Made by a program: the position numbers and the translations under genes. Positions 1-10,464 of a DNA stretch of 64,000 nucleotides are shown in pieces. This DNA is from an uncultured Spirochaetota bacterium (GTDB lineage Bacteria > Spirochaetota > Brevinematia > Brevinematales > JAOACQ01), in NCBI GenBank assembly GCA_963835575.1, contig CAWIGG010000002.1, forward strand, positions 1,981,548-2,045,547. Direction: 5' to 3'. Positions within the stretch are counted from its first letter, which is position 1, and every line of letters begins with the position of its first letter. The notes below the pieces were generated by a model, which saw nothing but the letters and a program-made list of their open reading frames with translations, was not told where the DNA came from and searched no databases.

Positions 1-336
1 GGCATATTTCCATGAAGGTCAGAATTCACTCTCATGGAACGCGGACAGCAGCCGTAATAAACAGCTTTCATCCGGGACATATTTTATTTATTTAAAAGCC
101 AGGACCCTGAACGGTAAAGAAGGGGAAATCATCAAGAAACTTCTCTTTGTGAAGAATTAATATTCTGGGTCATCCGGTTCTTGCATACTTATTGAAGTTT
201 AATTTCTTTAAATCCATTTCTGAGTTCATTTCACCCCTCACCAGTTGGTTTGCTTCTCAGGTGGAGCCTGACAAACTGGTGAGGGGTTAATTTTATCTTT
301 TCAAATGAGGGCGCTTTAGTCGGATGAACCAATATC

Positions 337-750
337 CTAAACATCCACCACGCATTCGGCAAAAAAGATATTGTTCTTTTCATAAACTTTCAGCTGGTGA
401 TAGGTAGCCGCCTTGACTTCCGTTTTAAAAACCGCATTCTGATTTGTTTTTATTTTCCAGCCCCGCGTTAACCCTTTTAAATGAGTTTCATTCCATTCTT
501 CAATTATAAAATCAAACCAGATACAGTGATGCACCGCCGATTCATATAGAAGCTTATTGATAAATTGAACCAGCAGTTCTTCCCTGGACTTCGCGCTGCA
601 ATTAAACGGTCTTTCAATATCGCGGCGGAAAGAGGATAGTTCCGCCATAATGGAAAAAACGCACCTGGCCGCTTCAGAAAAGGCTTCCGGAAAACTCCCG
701 CCGGCGCCTCTGATGCCTATATCAGCTGTATGTTCAAAGGTTTCGTACAT
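337..750 (-). CDS. Archease (RtcB cofactor family)
   Basis: N-terminal YETFEHTADIG and C-terminal EVKAATYHQL...VVDV motifs typical of archease. Confidence 0.9.
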   Translation of the reverse strand: MYETFEHTADIGIRGAGGSFPEAFSEAARCVFSIMAELSSFRRDIERPFNCSAKSREELLVQFINKLLYESAVHHCIWFDFIIEEWNETHLKGLTRGWKIKTNQNAVFKTEVKAATYHQLKVYEKNNIFFAECVVDV

Positions 751-2057
751 TATTTTTTTCCCTTCTCAAAAATATAGAAGAATTCCTGTTTTTCCGGATC
801 CTCAATAGTGATAATAGTCATATCTTTATCCGCATTCATTTCCGCTATAATCCCATTCTCACTCATAGCCATAGGCTCATCTATTGCCTTATAACGGTAA
901 ATTTCCCTGCCTTCAGGGGAATACATAAAGAGCGTATCTATCTTTTCATATTTTCCCCGGCCGATCATATTTGTCAGTGAAAAGCCGATAAAGCCGACTT
1001 CCGGCTGGCTTCCTTTAAATTGAGGAAGGTAAATTCCCGCTGAAATATTATAGAGAGAAGCCCTTTCATTCCGGACATAATAATTCAGGCTTAAATCGTC
1101 ATTGAATATCAAACTATGCAGCGGGGTCTGCTGAAATTTCTTGTTCTCAAAATCATAGGCAAGAACGCCGTTCCGTGTTTCCAGATAAAGAAAATCATTC
1201 TTTACACGGCTTCCTATCCGGCCGCCATTAAGCCATTCCGGTTTTATTTTAAATAAAAGATTATCTTTATTAAAACTGATATCCGGACCGGCAGGCGGAA
1301 CTGAAAAATCACAATACCAGAAATTTTTGCGGTCGTTCAAGATAAGCATATCATTTTTCCAGTTTATATTTCTTGCTTCTTTTGCGAAAGCTGTCATGGC
1401 GCCGTTATCCGTTTTATAAACGCAGGCAATGTATTTTCCTTTTACGCTGAATACAACGGCAAGATAATCGGCGTCGTCCGAGAATTTCATCTCAACAAAA
1501 TCAAAAGCCTCATCATTAAAACTTCCCAGATAGACAGATTTGCCTGATGAGAAATTATAGAGCGTCATGTTATTAATATTCCCGGCATTCGTAAAGACGC
1601 CTTTTAAAAGGAATAAATCGCTCCTGGGCGACGGATAGAACTCCTGGAATTCCGCCGCATTCCGGGCGGATTCTATAGCTCTGTCTGTTATATTATATTT
1701 TACCATCAGGCCGTCTTTATGATAAAAGAGATAGTATTTTTTATCTTCTTTTACAATCTTACGCGAGAGGACATCTTTCGACTTGACGTTAGAAAAAAGA
1801 TCCGGATAAAAGTCTAAATACTCGGTCCTGATCCTTCCGGTTTTATTATTGATGCTGACCCGGCTGTAATCACCCTGCTTTTTATCAATCTCAACTACAC
1901 TTCCAGGGATAAGCGCAATCGCATTCTCTTTATTTACGGTATTATCCGGCTCAAGCACGGCATCCCAGGAATTGACAGTGGCGAGTTGTGAAAACATAAC
2001 GTTAGCATAAAAAGCTGTCATAATAAAAAAGTAAAGACTAACTTTCCATTTTTTCAT
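750..2057 (-). CDS. Secreted hypothetical protein (signal peptide, SH3-like N-terminal domain, beta-rich remainder)
   Basis: 435-aa ORF overlapping the topA stop; hydrophobic N-terminus; GSVVEI..YSRVSINNKTGRI resembles a bacterial SH3 domain. Confidence 0.6.
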   Translation of the reverse strand: MKKWKVSLYFFIMTAFYANVMFSQLATVNSWDAVLEPDNTVNKENAIALIPGSVVEIDKKQGDYSRVSINNKTGRIRTEYLDFYPDLFSNVKSKDVLSRKIVKEDKKYYLFYHKDGLMVKYNITDRAIESARNAAEFQEFYPSPRSDLFLLKGVFTNAGNINNMTLYNFSSGKSVYLGSFNDEAFDFVEMKFSDDADYLAVVFSVKGKYIACVYKTDNGAMTAFAKEARNINWKNDMLILNDRKNFWYCDFSVPPAGPDISFNKDNLLFKIKPEWLNGGRIGSRVKNDFLYLETRNGVLAYDFENKKFQQTPLHSLIFNDDLSLNYYVRNERASLYNISAGIYLPQFKGSQPEVGFIGFSLTNMIGRGKYEKIDTLFMYSPEGREIYRYKAIDEPMAMSENGIIAEMNADKDMTIITIEDPEKQEFFYIFEKGKK

Positions 2058-4179
2058 AACCGCATCCTTCTTTTAAACACAAAATTTTTAACCTGCCTTT
2101 TTCCTTCTGAGCAAAAAGAGCGCTTCCGCACTGCGGGCACGCCTGAGGTGTGTCCCCGATTTCCGCGGGCTTTAAAAAGCTCACAAAATCGCAGTTCGGA
2201 TAGTTTGTACACCCGCAAAACGCCCGTTTTCTTTTGCCTTTTTTCAAAACGGCATAACCGGCCGCGCATTTCGGGCATTTTCCCAGCGGAAGGGGTTTGG
2301 CGTTCCGGCATTCAGGCCAGCCGGAGCATGCCAGAAAAAGCCCGTACTTGCCGAGCTTCTTGATCATCTTTCTGCCGCATTTCTCGCAGACAAAATCCGT
2401 CTCTTCATCGAAGCTTCCTTTGATGCTGTCTATATGTTCATAAGCCTTATTGAGTACCGGCTGAAAAGCGTCGTAAAAATCACCGACAACGCTTTTCCAT
2501 TTCTTTTTCCCGTCTTCCACTTCATCCAGTTCCTCTTCCATTTCCGCCGTAAAATTGATGTTGATCAGCTCCGGAAAATTTTCCACCAGAAGTTTATTGA
2601 CGGATTTCCCCAGAAAAGTCGGGACAAGGCTGCGTCCGTCCTTCTTTATATAATAGCGCTTGGTCAGCGTGAATATTGTCGGCGCGTATGTCGAAGGCCG
2701 GCCTATGCCGAGTTCTTCCATCGATTTGACAAGGGAAGCTTCCGAATAACGCGCGGGAGGCTTTGTGAATTTTTGTTCTTTATGAATTTCACTGATATCA
2801 AGCCTGTCGCCGGCGGCAAGCCCCTGCGGCAGTTCTTTTTCTTTAGCGGCCTTATATATGTCATAAACCTTCAGAAAACCGTCAAAAACCAGTTTTGTGC
2901 TGCTCGCCGTCAGGAGCTTATCGCCGTTCTGCACTTCCACGGTTATCTGCTCGGACTGTGATGGCGCCATCTGCGAAGCGGCGAAGCACTTCCAGATGAG
3001 GGAATATATCTTAAACTGCTCCGGCGTCAGATAGCTTTTTATTTCCTCCGGATGATAATGCACATGGACGGGACGTACGGCTTCGTGCGCGTCCTGAGAG
3101 CTTTTTTTGTTGGAAAAATGGTTCGGGGACTGCGGCAGATAATTAAGGCCGTAGCGCTCCTCAATATATTTTCTGGCCTCTCCGATCGCAACCGGAGAAA
3201 CTCTGGTTGAATCCGTTCTCATATAGGTGATGAGGCCTGTCCTTGTTTTACCGATGTCGATGCCTTCATACAGCTGCTGGGCAATCATCATGGTCCTCAT
3301 GGATGGAAAGCCGTAAAGATTGTTGGCGGCCTGCTGAAGCGTACTGGTGATAAACGGAGGATACGAAGAGCGGCTGAGGGCTTTTTGCTTAATGTCCTTT
3401 ATGACCGATTCGTTTTCACGCAGTTCTTTTTCAATCCGGTTTGCCGATGCTTCATCCGGGACTTCGGCCTTCTTTCCGTTTATTTTTGCAAGTTCCGCGC
3501 TGAAAGTGTCTTTATCTTTTTTCAAATCCGCGGTGATATCCCAGTATTCCAGGGGAATAAAACTTTCTATCTCGCTTTCCCTTTCACAGATAAGCCTCAA
3601 CGCAATGGATTGTACCCGTCCGGCCGAAAGTTTTGATTTTACTTTTTTCCAAAGGAGCGGGCTCAGCTGATAGCCGAAAATACGGTCGATCACCCTTCTT
3701 CCCTGCTGGGCGTTCACCAGTTTTTCGTCAATATCCTCTGTATGGCGGATCTGTTCCACTATTTCCTCGCTGGTAATTTCATTAAATTTGACGCGCTTGA
3801 TCAGTATCTGCCTGTCTTTGACCTTCGGAAGCACATTTTTTTCGAAATCGTTTTTAATATGCCAGGCTATGGCTTCGCCTTCGCGGTCAGGATCGGAGGC
3901 AAGGATCACTTCGCTTGAGTTTTTGGCCGATTCCCTCAGTTCTTTGATTATTTTGTATTTATCGCGCATGATGATATAATCAGGGTCGAACGTTTCCAGG
4001 TTGACGCCCATTCTCGATTTCGGCAGGTCAATGACATGACCTACCGAAGCCTTGACTTCATAATCCTTTCCGAGGTATTTTTTTATTGTCGAAGCCTTGG
4101 AAGGGGATTCCACAATAACCAGCTTCTTTAATTTTTCTTTTTTTTCTTCTTTTTTCTTCCGAGCCGCAGCAGCACTCAC
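2038..4179 (-). CDS. topA: DNA topoisomerase I (type IA) with C-terminal zinc ribbons
   Basis: LVIVESPSKA TOPRIM, SDPDREGEAI, SAGRVQS, catalytic GLITYMRTDS, GIGRPSTYA, C4 zinc fingers. Confidence 0.97.
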   Translation of the reverse strand: MSAAAARKKKEEKKEKLKKLVIVESPSKASTIKKYLGKDYEVKASVGHVIDLPKSRMGVNLETFDPDYIIMRDKYKIIKELRESAKNSSEVILASDPDREGEAIAWHIKNDFEKNVLPKVKDRQILIKRVKFNEITSEEIVEQIRHTEDIDEKLVNAQQGRRVIDRIFGYQLSPLLWKKVKSKLSAGRVQSIALRLICERESEIESFIPLEYWDITADLKKDKDTFSAELAKINGKKAEVPDEASANRIEKELRENESVIKDIKQKALSRSSYPPFITSTLQQAANNLYGFPSMRTMMIAQQLYEGIDIGKTRTGLITYMRTDSTRVSPVAIGEARKYIEERYGLNYLPQSPNHFSNKKSSQDAHEAVRPVHVHYHPEEIKSYLTPEQFKIYSLIWKCFAASQMAPSQSEQITVEVQNGDKLLTASSTKLVFDGFLKVYDIYKAAKEKELPQGLAAGDRLDISEIHKEQKFTKPPARYSEASLVKSMEELGIGRPSTYAPTIFTLTKRYYIKKDGRSLVPTFLGKSVNKLLVENFPELININFTAEMEEELDEVEDGKKKWKSVVGDFYDAFQPVLNKAYEHIDSIKGSFDEETDFVCEKCGRKMIKKLGKYGLFLACSGWPECRNAKPLPLGKCPKCAAGYAVLKKGKRKRAFCGCTNYPNCDFVSFLKPAEIGDTPQACPQCGSALFAQKEKGRLKILCLKEGCGYEKMES

Positions 4180-4355
4180 AATTTTATCTCCCTATAGCCG
4201 TATTTACAGGCTATTATTTTAACAGAACAACAAGGAAACTCAAATAATTTAAACCTAATTTAGCGATTTTTTATCATAACTGCTTATTTTAGAGTAAAAT
4301 ATATATGCAATTTATAAATAAAGAATAAATCGCTTATTTCAGGTTAAAAGCAATA

Positions 4356-5036
4356 TCATAAACGGGGCACTAAATGCCCCAGTTTTTTTATTTCTTCCTC
4401 ATCAAAGTAATGTATTTCTTTTCCGGAAAGGCCGGCAAAATAAAACATTTTACAGTATTTTTCGAGAAGCTCAAGCAGGGAAAATGCCTCGAATAGGTTC
4501 CTTCCATAAGTAAAACTTCCATGCCTGTCGATAACCAGAACCTGAGTGCCTTTCGAATATTTCCCGGCGATGAGCGCTCCTTCTCCGGTAGAAGGCCTGG
4601 CATAAGGCGCGAAAACGGTATTTTTGAGAAATATCGCGGCTTCCGCCAGGCAGATTTTTTCAAACGGTTTCAATCCGGTCGCTGTACAGAGGAGCGTATA
4701 GAACGGATGGGCATGAATGACCGCCTCAACATCGGGATTCTGTCTGTAAATTTCAAGATGCGTTGAGGATTCGGTCGAAGGAGAATACTCTCCTTTCAAT
4801 TTTTTCCCTTTTCCATCAATTTCAACAATATCATGCGGACCGAGAAATTTCTTTATGATGCGCGAAGGGGTCATCAAAAAGAAGTTGTCGGATATTTTGA
4901 CGCTGATATTCCCCTCCAATGCCGTCACATATCCCCTGTCATAAAGAAGGCGGGCATAGCGGGCCGTCTCTTTCCTGATTCTTCCGTATTTCATCTCTAT
5001 CCTTCCGTTCTCGTAATATGAACTAATATTAAACAT
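4356..5036 (-). CDS. Class II aldolase/adducin family protein (start may be the second Met)
   Basis: EGNISVK, MTPS, PSTESSTHLEIY, AVIHAHP, HGSFTYG motifs. Confidence 0.88.
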   Translation of the reverse strand: MFNISSYYENGRIEMKYGRIRKETARYARLLYDRGYVTALEGNISVKISDNFFLMTPSRIIKKFLGPHDIVEIDGKGKKLKGEYSPSTESSTHLEIYRQNPDVEAVIHAHPFYTLLCTATGLKPFEKICLAEAAIFLKNTVFAPYARPSTGEGALIAGKYSKGTQVLVIDRHGSFTYGRNLFEAFSLLELLEKYCKMFYFAGLSGKEIHYFDEEEIKKLGHLVPRL

Positions 5037-5161
5037 GCATTGCTGAAAAATGTCAATAGAAACCGGAATAAGAATCCATGAAACAGAGTTTTTTTTACTT
5101 TTAGGGCAGGGCCCATCACCCGGAAATAAGTATTTCCGTTATGATTAAATAATAGAATTAT

Positions 5162-5364
5162 GGGCAGTTCCAAAAACTAAAAATTTATCAGATATTTCCA
5201 CAATAAGTTTTGGAACTGCCCCGGTTAAAGAATTCCTTCTAAATGCAAATGGCGCTACCGTATAGAGTTCGCTGGTCGGCTTTCTTTTCAGACAGCGAAC
5301 TCGAGCGGTAGCATGAACTCATACAATAGTGGCAGTTCTAAATATTTGAGTTTTTAGAACTGCC
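5162..5364. repeat. Cluster of three intergenic hairpins; two belong to a GGCAGTTCYAAA...TTTRGAACTGCC family
   Basis: 5162-5221 and 5331-5364 share inverted ends; central hairpin 5254-5312; a third family copy lies at 15774-15807. Confidence 0.75.
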
Positions 5365-5434
5365 CTTATATCATGCAATTAAAAATAGTCTTATTCCGTC
5401 TCATAAAACATAATATCACATAAGGAGGAATATT

Positions 5435-5833
5435 ATGAAAAAAGTAATTATCATCATTACGGCCGTCATTGTAGTGATTCTGGGGACAATGGGATTTTTT
5501 GTAGTCCGGATGAAGCAAATGGTCAAAGTCATTAACACCGAATATTCCAGGATAACTAATATTGATTTGAAAGGCGTGTCAAATGGGGTATATACCGGAA
5601 GCTTCGGCGATTTTGCCGTATCGGTCAATCTTGAGACTACGGTGAAAGACCACAAGATTACAGATATCAAGATAATCAAGCAGTCATCCGGCAAAGGATA
5701 TGAAGCGCGCGACATTGTAAAACGCATACTTAATGCGCAGACAACTCATGTCGACGCCGTCACCGGCGCCACAATGAGCAGCAAGTGCATCATGATCGCC
5801 GTTAATAAGGCCCTTCAGAGTAAGCCGGAATAG
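5435..5833 (+). CDS. Membrane-anchored FMN-binding domain protein (FMN_bind)
   Basis: N-terminal TM helix, NGVYTGS, VDAVTGATMSS flavinylation motif; RBS AGGAGG. Confidence 0.88.
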   Translation: MKKVIIIITAVIVVILGTMGFFVVRMKQMVKVINTEYSRITNIDLKGVSNGVYTGSFGDFAVSVNLETTVKDHKITDIKIIKQSSGKGYEARDIVKRILNAQTTHVDAVTGATMSSKCIMIAVNKALQSKPE

Positions 5834-6320
5834 CTTTTTAAAAAAACAGAAAAGCGGTATAGAGCATATTTATACATATTTGTGAGTTTAAAGGGTGGTT
5901 TCCCTGAAACGCTTTATTGTAACCCAATTTTTTTGCTGAAATGTTTCAGGTTATTCATTTTTTTATCTCTGCATATGCCGGCTGAGAAAAACCGGTAAAA
6001 GCATACATTAATAATTTCTCTGCGCTGATCTTCAGTCCTATACCTACCCAGGAACAGAAAATAACACTATTTCCGAAAACAATGGCTTAAAGCTTTCTGA
6101 TGTTCTATAGGGTAATAAAAATGATTTCTAAAAGCCGCATAATAAGTCAGGCGGCTGATCGCCTGAAAAGAAAATTATTTAGGGTTTACTGAAAAATTCG
6201 TAATTTATTGTTAGGAAATAAATTGGGCCAAATAATTAGATTGAAAAGTGCAAGAGTTTCAAGTAAAAACACTGAAAAACCTTGCATTTTTGTATTCGTT
6301 TTTCACACAGAGCCCACAGA

Positions 6321-8021
6321 CAGACTGTGTGAAAAAAGAGAATACATTTATAAGATCAGGCATCTAAAGGTTCCTGCTTACTTTAAAGAAGAGCCTGAAT
6401 AAAAAATTACTGATAATCATTGAAATTCAGACTATATTGCGGCTAATAACTTATCAAAACCAGCAATATTCAGAACTCTTTTAAAATTATAGATAAATGC
6501 CGTGAAATTAAACTCGCTTTTTACTTTATCAATCCCCTTCAGCAAGAAATTATTATAACCAAAATTTCCTTTTATTGTTCCAAATGGATGTTCTGCCAAC
6601 TCTTTTCTGATTGCAACAATCTTTTGCCCCAATTCACTTCGGACCTTCTCATCGAATTTATCCATATCTTCCTTTCGCACCGATAACTTTACCGTCCTGC
6701 CTTCTTTGCTTTTTGTGCATAAATGCTTCTTCTCACAATTCTCGTTCCTGCACTTGAATTCCGCTACAGTAATCCCCGTGTTTTTATCCTGATATACACT
6801 TTGATTATTTAATCGTAATCCTTGCGGACAAATCAACTGGTTCTTCTCTTTATCAATCTTGAAATCTTCTGCCAGATATCCTTTTGCCGGGATACTTTCT
6901 TTCTGCTGCTCTTTGTACCTGGACTTTTTTTCTTTTTCATCGCGCGGGCTTGGAATATAGATTTCATGACCCCCGTCTGTAAGCGGTAATATCTCACTTT
7001 CGCAATAATATCCGGCATCCAGGACATGTATGGTTTTTAATCCCGGTTCGGCTTCAAGTTCTTTCTTTATTTCTTCAACTTTATTAACCATATTTCCCGC
7101 TTGATGAACATCATTACTTTCATTGGTTACATCCACCGCGACAATCAATTTATTCTTTTCGTCCACTGCTATCTGCGCGTTGTACAAAACATCCGTTTTC
7201 CCTTTATCTTTCCCAATTCTGCCGTCGGGATCATTCCCGTAAACGATTTCAAGTTCCGGATCGGCCTCAAACATTTTTTTTATCGCTTCTACTTTTTCTT
7301 TTCTTGTCTTGAGGCTGTCCAGCTTTTTTTCAATGTTGCTGGATAAAAACTCAAACTCGTTTTCTTCCGATTTATCATTTTTATCCAATTCCAAAAGATA
7401 TTTGTCTATTTTTTCATTAATCTTTTTCTCAACTCCTTCAATGCTTTCCCGCCTATAAATATTACCCAGACTGTTTTGCCCACTTATTTTCGTTCCATCT
7501 GTCGCTGTTAATTTAAATGTCAGCAGTTCTAATTTGCGGCATACTTTCAAAAACTCTTTGAAAATGTTTTTTATGCCCTTAATATTATCCCTTCTGAAAT
7601 CCGCTATGGTCTTAAAATCAGGCGCTAAGCGGCAGGTCAGCCATATCAGTTCCGTATTCCTTTTACATTCGTTTTCTAATTTCCTCGTGGTCCTGACTTT
7701 GTTCAAATATCCGTAAATATATATTTTCAACAATACATCCGCTGTGTAGGATGGACGCCCTTTTTTCGCCTCTTTAATTTTGAATCCCAACCTCCTGATG
7801 TTTAGTCTGCTCACATATGCGTCTATAATTCTTACAGGGTTCTTCTCTTCTATCAAACCATCAATAGTTTCCGCGTAAAGTACTATCTGGTCTCTTGGCT
7901 CTCCTGTTATATGGTTCATCTTACACACCTCAAATTTGATTACATATTATACCTTATTAAAATAAATTTGAGGATTTTTCTCCGCCTTTATTGTCTTACA
8001 CCGCCTTTTTCACACAGTCTG
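6321..8021 (-). mobile_element. IS1182-family insertion sequence
   Basis: Perfect 16-bp TIR CAGACTGTGTGAAAAA / TTTTTCACACAGTCTG enclosing a transposase. Confidence 0.88.
6432..7928 (-). CDS. IS1182-family transposase (start may be the ATG at 7920)
   Basis: GRPSY..LLKIYIYGY, PDFKTIADFRR, TDGTKI, YNAQIAVD, LDAGYY, AEHPFGTIK. Confidence 0.93.
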   Translation of the reverse strand: MCKMNHITGEPRDQIVLYAETIDGLIEEKNPVRIIDAYVSRLNIRRLGFKIKEAKKGRPSYTADVLLKIYIYGYLNKVRTTRKLENECKRNTELIWLTCRLAPDFKTIADFRRDNIKGIKNIFKEFLKVCRKLELLTFKLTATDGTKISGQNSLGNIYRRESIEGVEKKINEKIDKYLLELDKNDKSEENEFEFLSSNIEKKLDSLKTRKEKVEAIKKMFEADPELEIVYGNDPDGRIGKDKGKTDVLYNAQIAVDEKNKLIVAVDVTNESNDVHQAGNMVNKVEEIKKELEAEPGLKTIHVLDAGYYCESEILPLTDGGHEIYIPSPRDEKEKKSRYKEQQKESIPAKGYLAEDFKIDKEKNQLICPQGLRLNNQSVYQDKNTGITVAEFKCRNENCEKKHLCTKSKEGRTVKLSVRKEDMDKFDEKVRSELGQKIVAIRKELAEHPFGTIKGNFGYNNFLLKGIDKVKSEFNFTAFIYNFKRVLNIAGFDKLLAAI

Positions 8022-8154
8022 TCTGTGAGCTCAGTGTGAAACTTTATTTTTTTTGAGTTTTTCAGCAAGCCCTATTTACAGATAATCATCATTCCTACCG
8101 ATTCTTAATTAGTGAAATAATATAGAGCGGTTCAAAAAGAAAAAGGATTTATTT

Positions 8155-9417
8155 ATGCCCGCTGGAAATGTGTTAATCGGCAGACAGCCGATCCTGGACG
8201 TTAATCAGAACATCATAGCGTTCGAGCTTTTGTTCCGGAGCGAAAATGAAAGCGCGGGCGAGGCTTTTGACAATCTGTCCGCCACTGCCAGCGTGCTCGT
8301 AAATGTATTGAACAATTTAGGCATCAATAAACTTCTGGGGGATAAGCTCGGCTTTATTAATGTCAATGAGGAAATCATCAAAAAAAATATCCTGAAGCCC
8401 CTGCAGAGAGAGCGTTTTGTTCTGGAGATCCTCGAATCGACAAAAATCGATCAGGAGTTTTTAAACTCTGCGGGAATCATGAAACAGGAAGGCTATACAT
8501 TCGCTCTTGATGACTTTGTTTTCGATGCCCGGACAATAAAACGTTTTGAAGCCCTTTTTAATATACTTTCCTATGTTAAAGTCGATGTCAAGCTCAATAC
8601 GCATGAAATGATCACTTCAAAGCTGAATATTTTCAAACCCTATCCCGTGGATTATCTGGCGGAAAAAATTGAGAATATGGAAGAGTTCGACTTCTATAAA
8701 AAATCCGGTTTTAAATATTTTCAGGGTTATTTCTTCTCCAAACCGGCAATAATCAAAGGGCGCGGCATTGACCCGCGTAAACTGGCCATCATGGAAATCA
8801 TCAATTTGATCTTTGAGGACTCCGATATAGAAAAACTGGAAAGCACATTTAAGAAATACCCCGAAATGACCATTAACCTGCTGGAGTTCATTAATTCAGC
8901 CTCAATAGGGAGCAGGAACCGGATTGAATCCGTCAGGCAGGCCCTGGCGCTCCTCGGACACAGACAGCTCATGAACTGGATGATACTGATGGAATACGCA
9001 TTCAAGAAAGAAAGTTTGGAAGGCAATCCTCTTCTTTTCTCGGCGATCGAGAGGGCAAAAACCATGGAAATCCTTCTCAGAACCATAAAAAAAGATATCG
9101 GCCGTACGCTTCTGGAAGAAGCCTATCTGACGGGGCTGCTTTCGCTCATGGACGCCCTTTTCCAGGCGCCTATGGAAGAGATCCTGCCCAGGCTGAATTT
9201 AAGCCCTGATATTACCGATGCCCTGCTGGGGCATAATAATCTCCTGGGGAAACTACTGCTTATCGTGAAGAATAACGAGGAGGATAATTTCAAAGTCATT
9301 ACCTCTTTGTTAAAAGAGATTGAAATGTCCATGGAAGATTATACCCGGGCATCCCTTCAGGCATACTGCTCGACACATGAAAGCGAAGCTCTCTACAGCC
9401 GGAACTCTGACTTATAA
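8155..9417 (+). CDS. EAL and HDOD domain protein (YuxH/PdeH-like)
   Basis: IGRQPI..FELLFR, VLEILE, FALDDF, LAEKIE, FQGYFFSKP, followed by an HDOD region. Confidence 0.9.
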   Translation: MPAGNVLIGRQPILDVNQNIIAFELLFRSENESAGEAFDNLSATASVLVNVLNNLGINKLLGDKLGFINVNEEIIKKNILKPLQRERFVLEILESTKIDQEFLNSAGIMKQEGYTFALDDFVFDARTIKRFEALFNILSYVKVDVKLNTHEMITSKLNIFKPYPVDYLAEKIENMEEFDFYKKSGFKYFQGYFFSKPAIIKGRGIDPRKLAIMEIINLIFEDSDIEKLESTFKKYPEMTINLLEFINSASIGSRNRIESVRQALALLGHRQLMNWMILMEYAFKKESLEGNPLLFSAIERAKTMEILLRTIKKDIGRTLLEEAYLTGLLSLMDALFQAPMEEILPRLNLSPDITDALLGHNNLLGKLLLIVKNNEEDNFKVITSLLKEIEMSMEDYTRASLQAYCSTHESEALYSRNSDL

Positions 9418-9643
9418 AAGAACTCAGGATTAACAGCCTTCATCCCTCAAATTCACATTTATCAGGATCTCGCCGGCTGGGCGGATAAAGAAAATCTTTT
9501 AATACCGGAAAATTTAATACTTCCCGGCGAGAGTTCCATTTTTTGCATATTTTTTCTGTTTTGAATAAAATATCCGGACAGCTGTCTATTAAATGAACGG
9601 TATATTCATTCTGCTTAATAACCGTTCAATGGGAAGTTTTATC

Positions 9644-10336
9644 ATGAAAAATAATTTTTTTGAGAAAATAAAAAAATCCAATTTCCTGCAAGGGATCGAA
9701 AAATTTTTATTAGGAAAGGGAATGGCATATGGATTTATTGCAGCTATCATAATAACCATTATCAGCAGCGTGAGCTCAATATTATATACTCAGAATCTTT
9801 ATAACGGCCTGAAGGTAAATGAAAATGACCAGATGGGGGCGAATTATATCCTGGACGCCAGAATTGACCTTTTAAAGATTGAACAGAACCATAAGAATTT
9901 ATTGATCTGCGATGATACAAAAGCTTCTGCGGCTTACCTGGCGCAGATTAACAGTTTAAAGTCCGGAATTCTCCTTGATTTGAACAAAGCGGACCCGACT
10001 TTCCTCCACAAAAAGGGCAGGGAATTTCTGGAAGACGCGAAAAAGCTTTCGGATAATTATATGAAAGACCTGGACCATTTGATCTCCCTGGTTAAAATGA
10101 ACAGCATAGCATCGGCGCGCCGTTTTTCCCTGACATATGTTTCTTCAAACTATACGCAGTTGGACAGCGTCCTCAATAGAATGGACAATTTCAAACAGGA
10201 CAGAAATCTCCAGTTCTATAAAACCGTAATTGTCATCTACCAGATCAATTTATCGATCATGATCATGATCTTAATCACGACATTGACGGCACGGGTCCTG
10301 CTTTTTGTCAACCGTAGAAAAAAAACGGCGGTTTAG
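9644..10336 (+). CDS. Two-TM protein with an MCP-type four-helix-bundle sensor-like domain and no cytoplasmic signalling domain
   Basis: TM - ~150-aa helical region - TM - short basic tail; start set at MKNNFF (ORF is open from 9593). Confidence 0.6.
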   Translation: MKNNFFEKIKKSNFLQGIEKFLLGKGMAYGFIAAIIITIISSVSSILYTQNLYNGLKVNENDQMGANYILDARIDLLKIEQNHKNLLICDDTKASAAYLAQINSLKSGILLDLNKADPTFLHKKGREFLEDAKKLSDNYMKDLDHLISLVKMNSIASARRFSLTYVSSNYTQLDSVLNRMDNFKQDRNLQFYKTVIVIYQINLSIMIMILITTLTARVLLFVNRRKKTAV

Positions 10337-10464
10337 TAAATCGTCATCTTCATTTTTCAGTACAATCTGTCGATTATGTTTATCATCTTCATCGCCATAC
10401 AGGCAATGAGAATCGAGCTGTTCCAAATACAATAATTTTATTAGACATTTCAGGGAGGCAATGA

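Larger units (their letters stand above)
6181..8073. mobile_element. MITE-like element (about 192 bp when empty) that hosts an IS1182-family insertion
   Basis: Ends AGGGTTTACTGAAAAATT / AGTTTTTCAGCAAGCCCT, flanked by a 4-bp direct repeat ATTT (6177-6180, 8074-8077). Confidence 0.65.

Noticed and set aside
92..229. Short minus-strand ORF with an in-frame TGA (possible selenoprotein, or rtcB start after archease)
   Set aside because: Stops again shortly after readthrough; no recognisable family, SECIS or RtcB motif
5100..5135. FMN riboswitch upstream of the FMN-binding protein (AGGGCAGGG)
   Set aside because: The rest of the RFN consensus is absent
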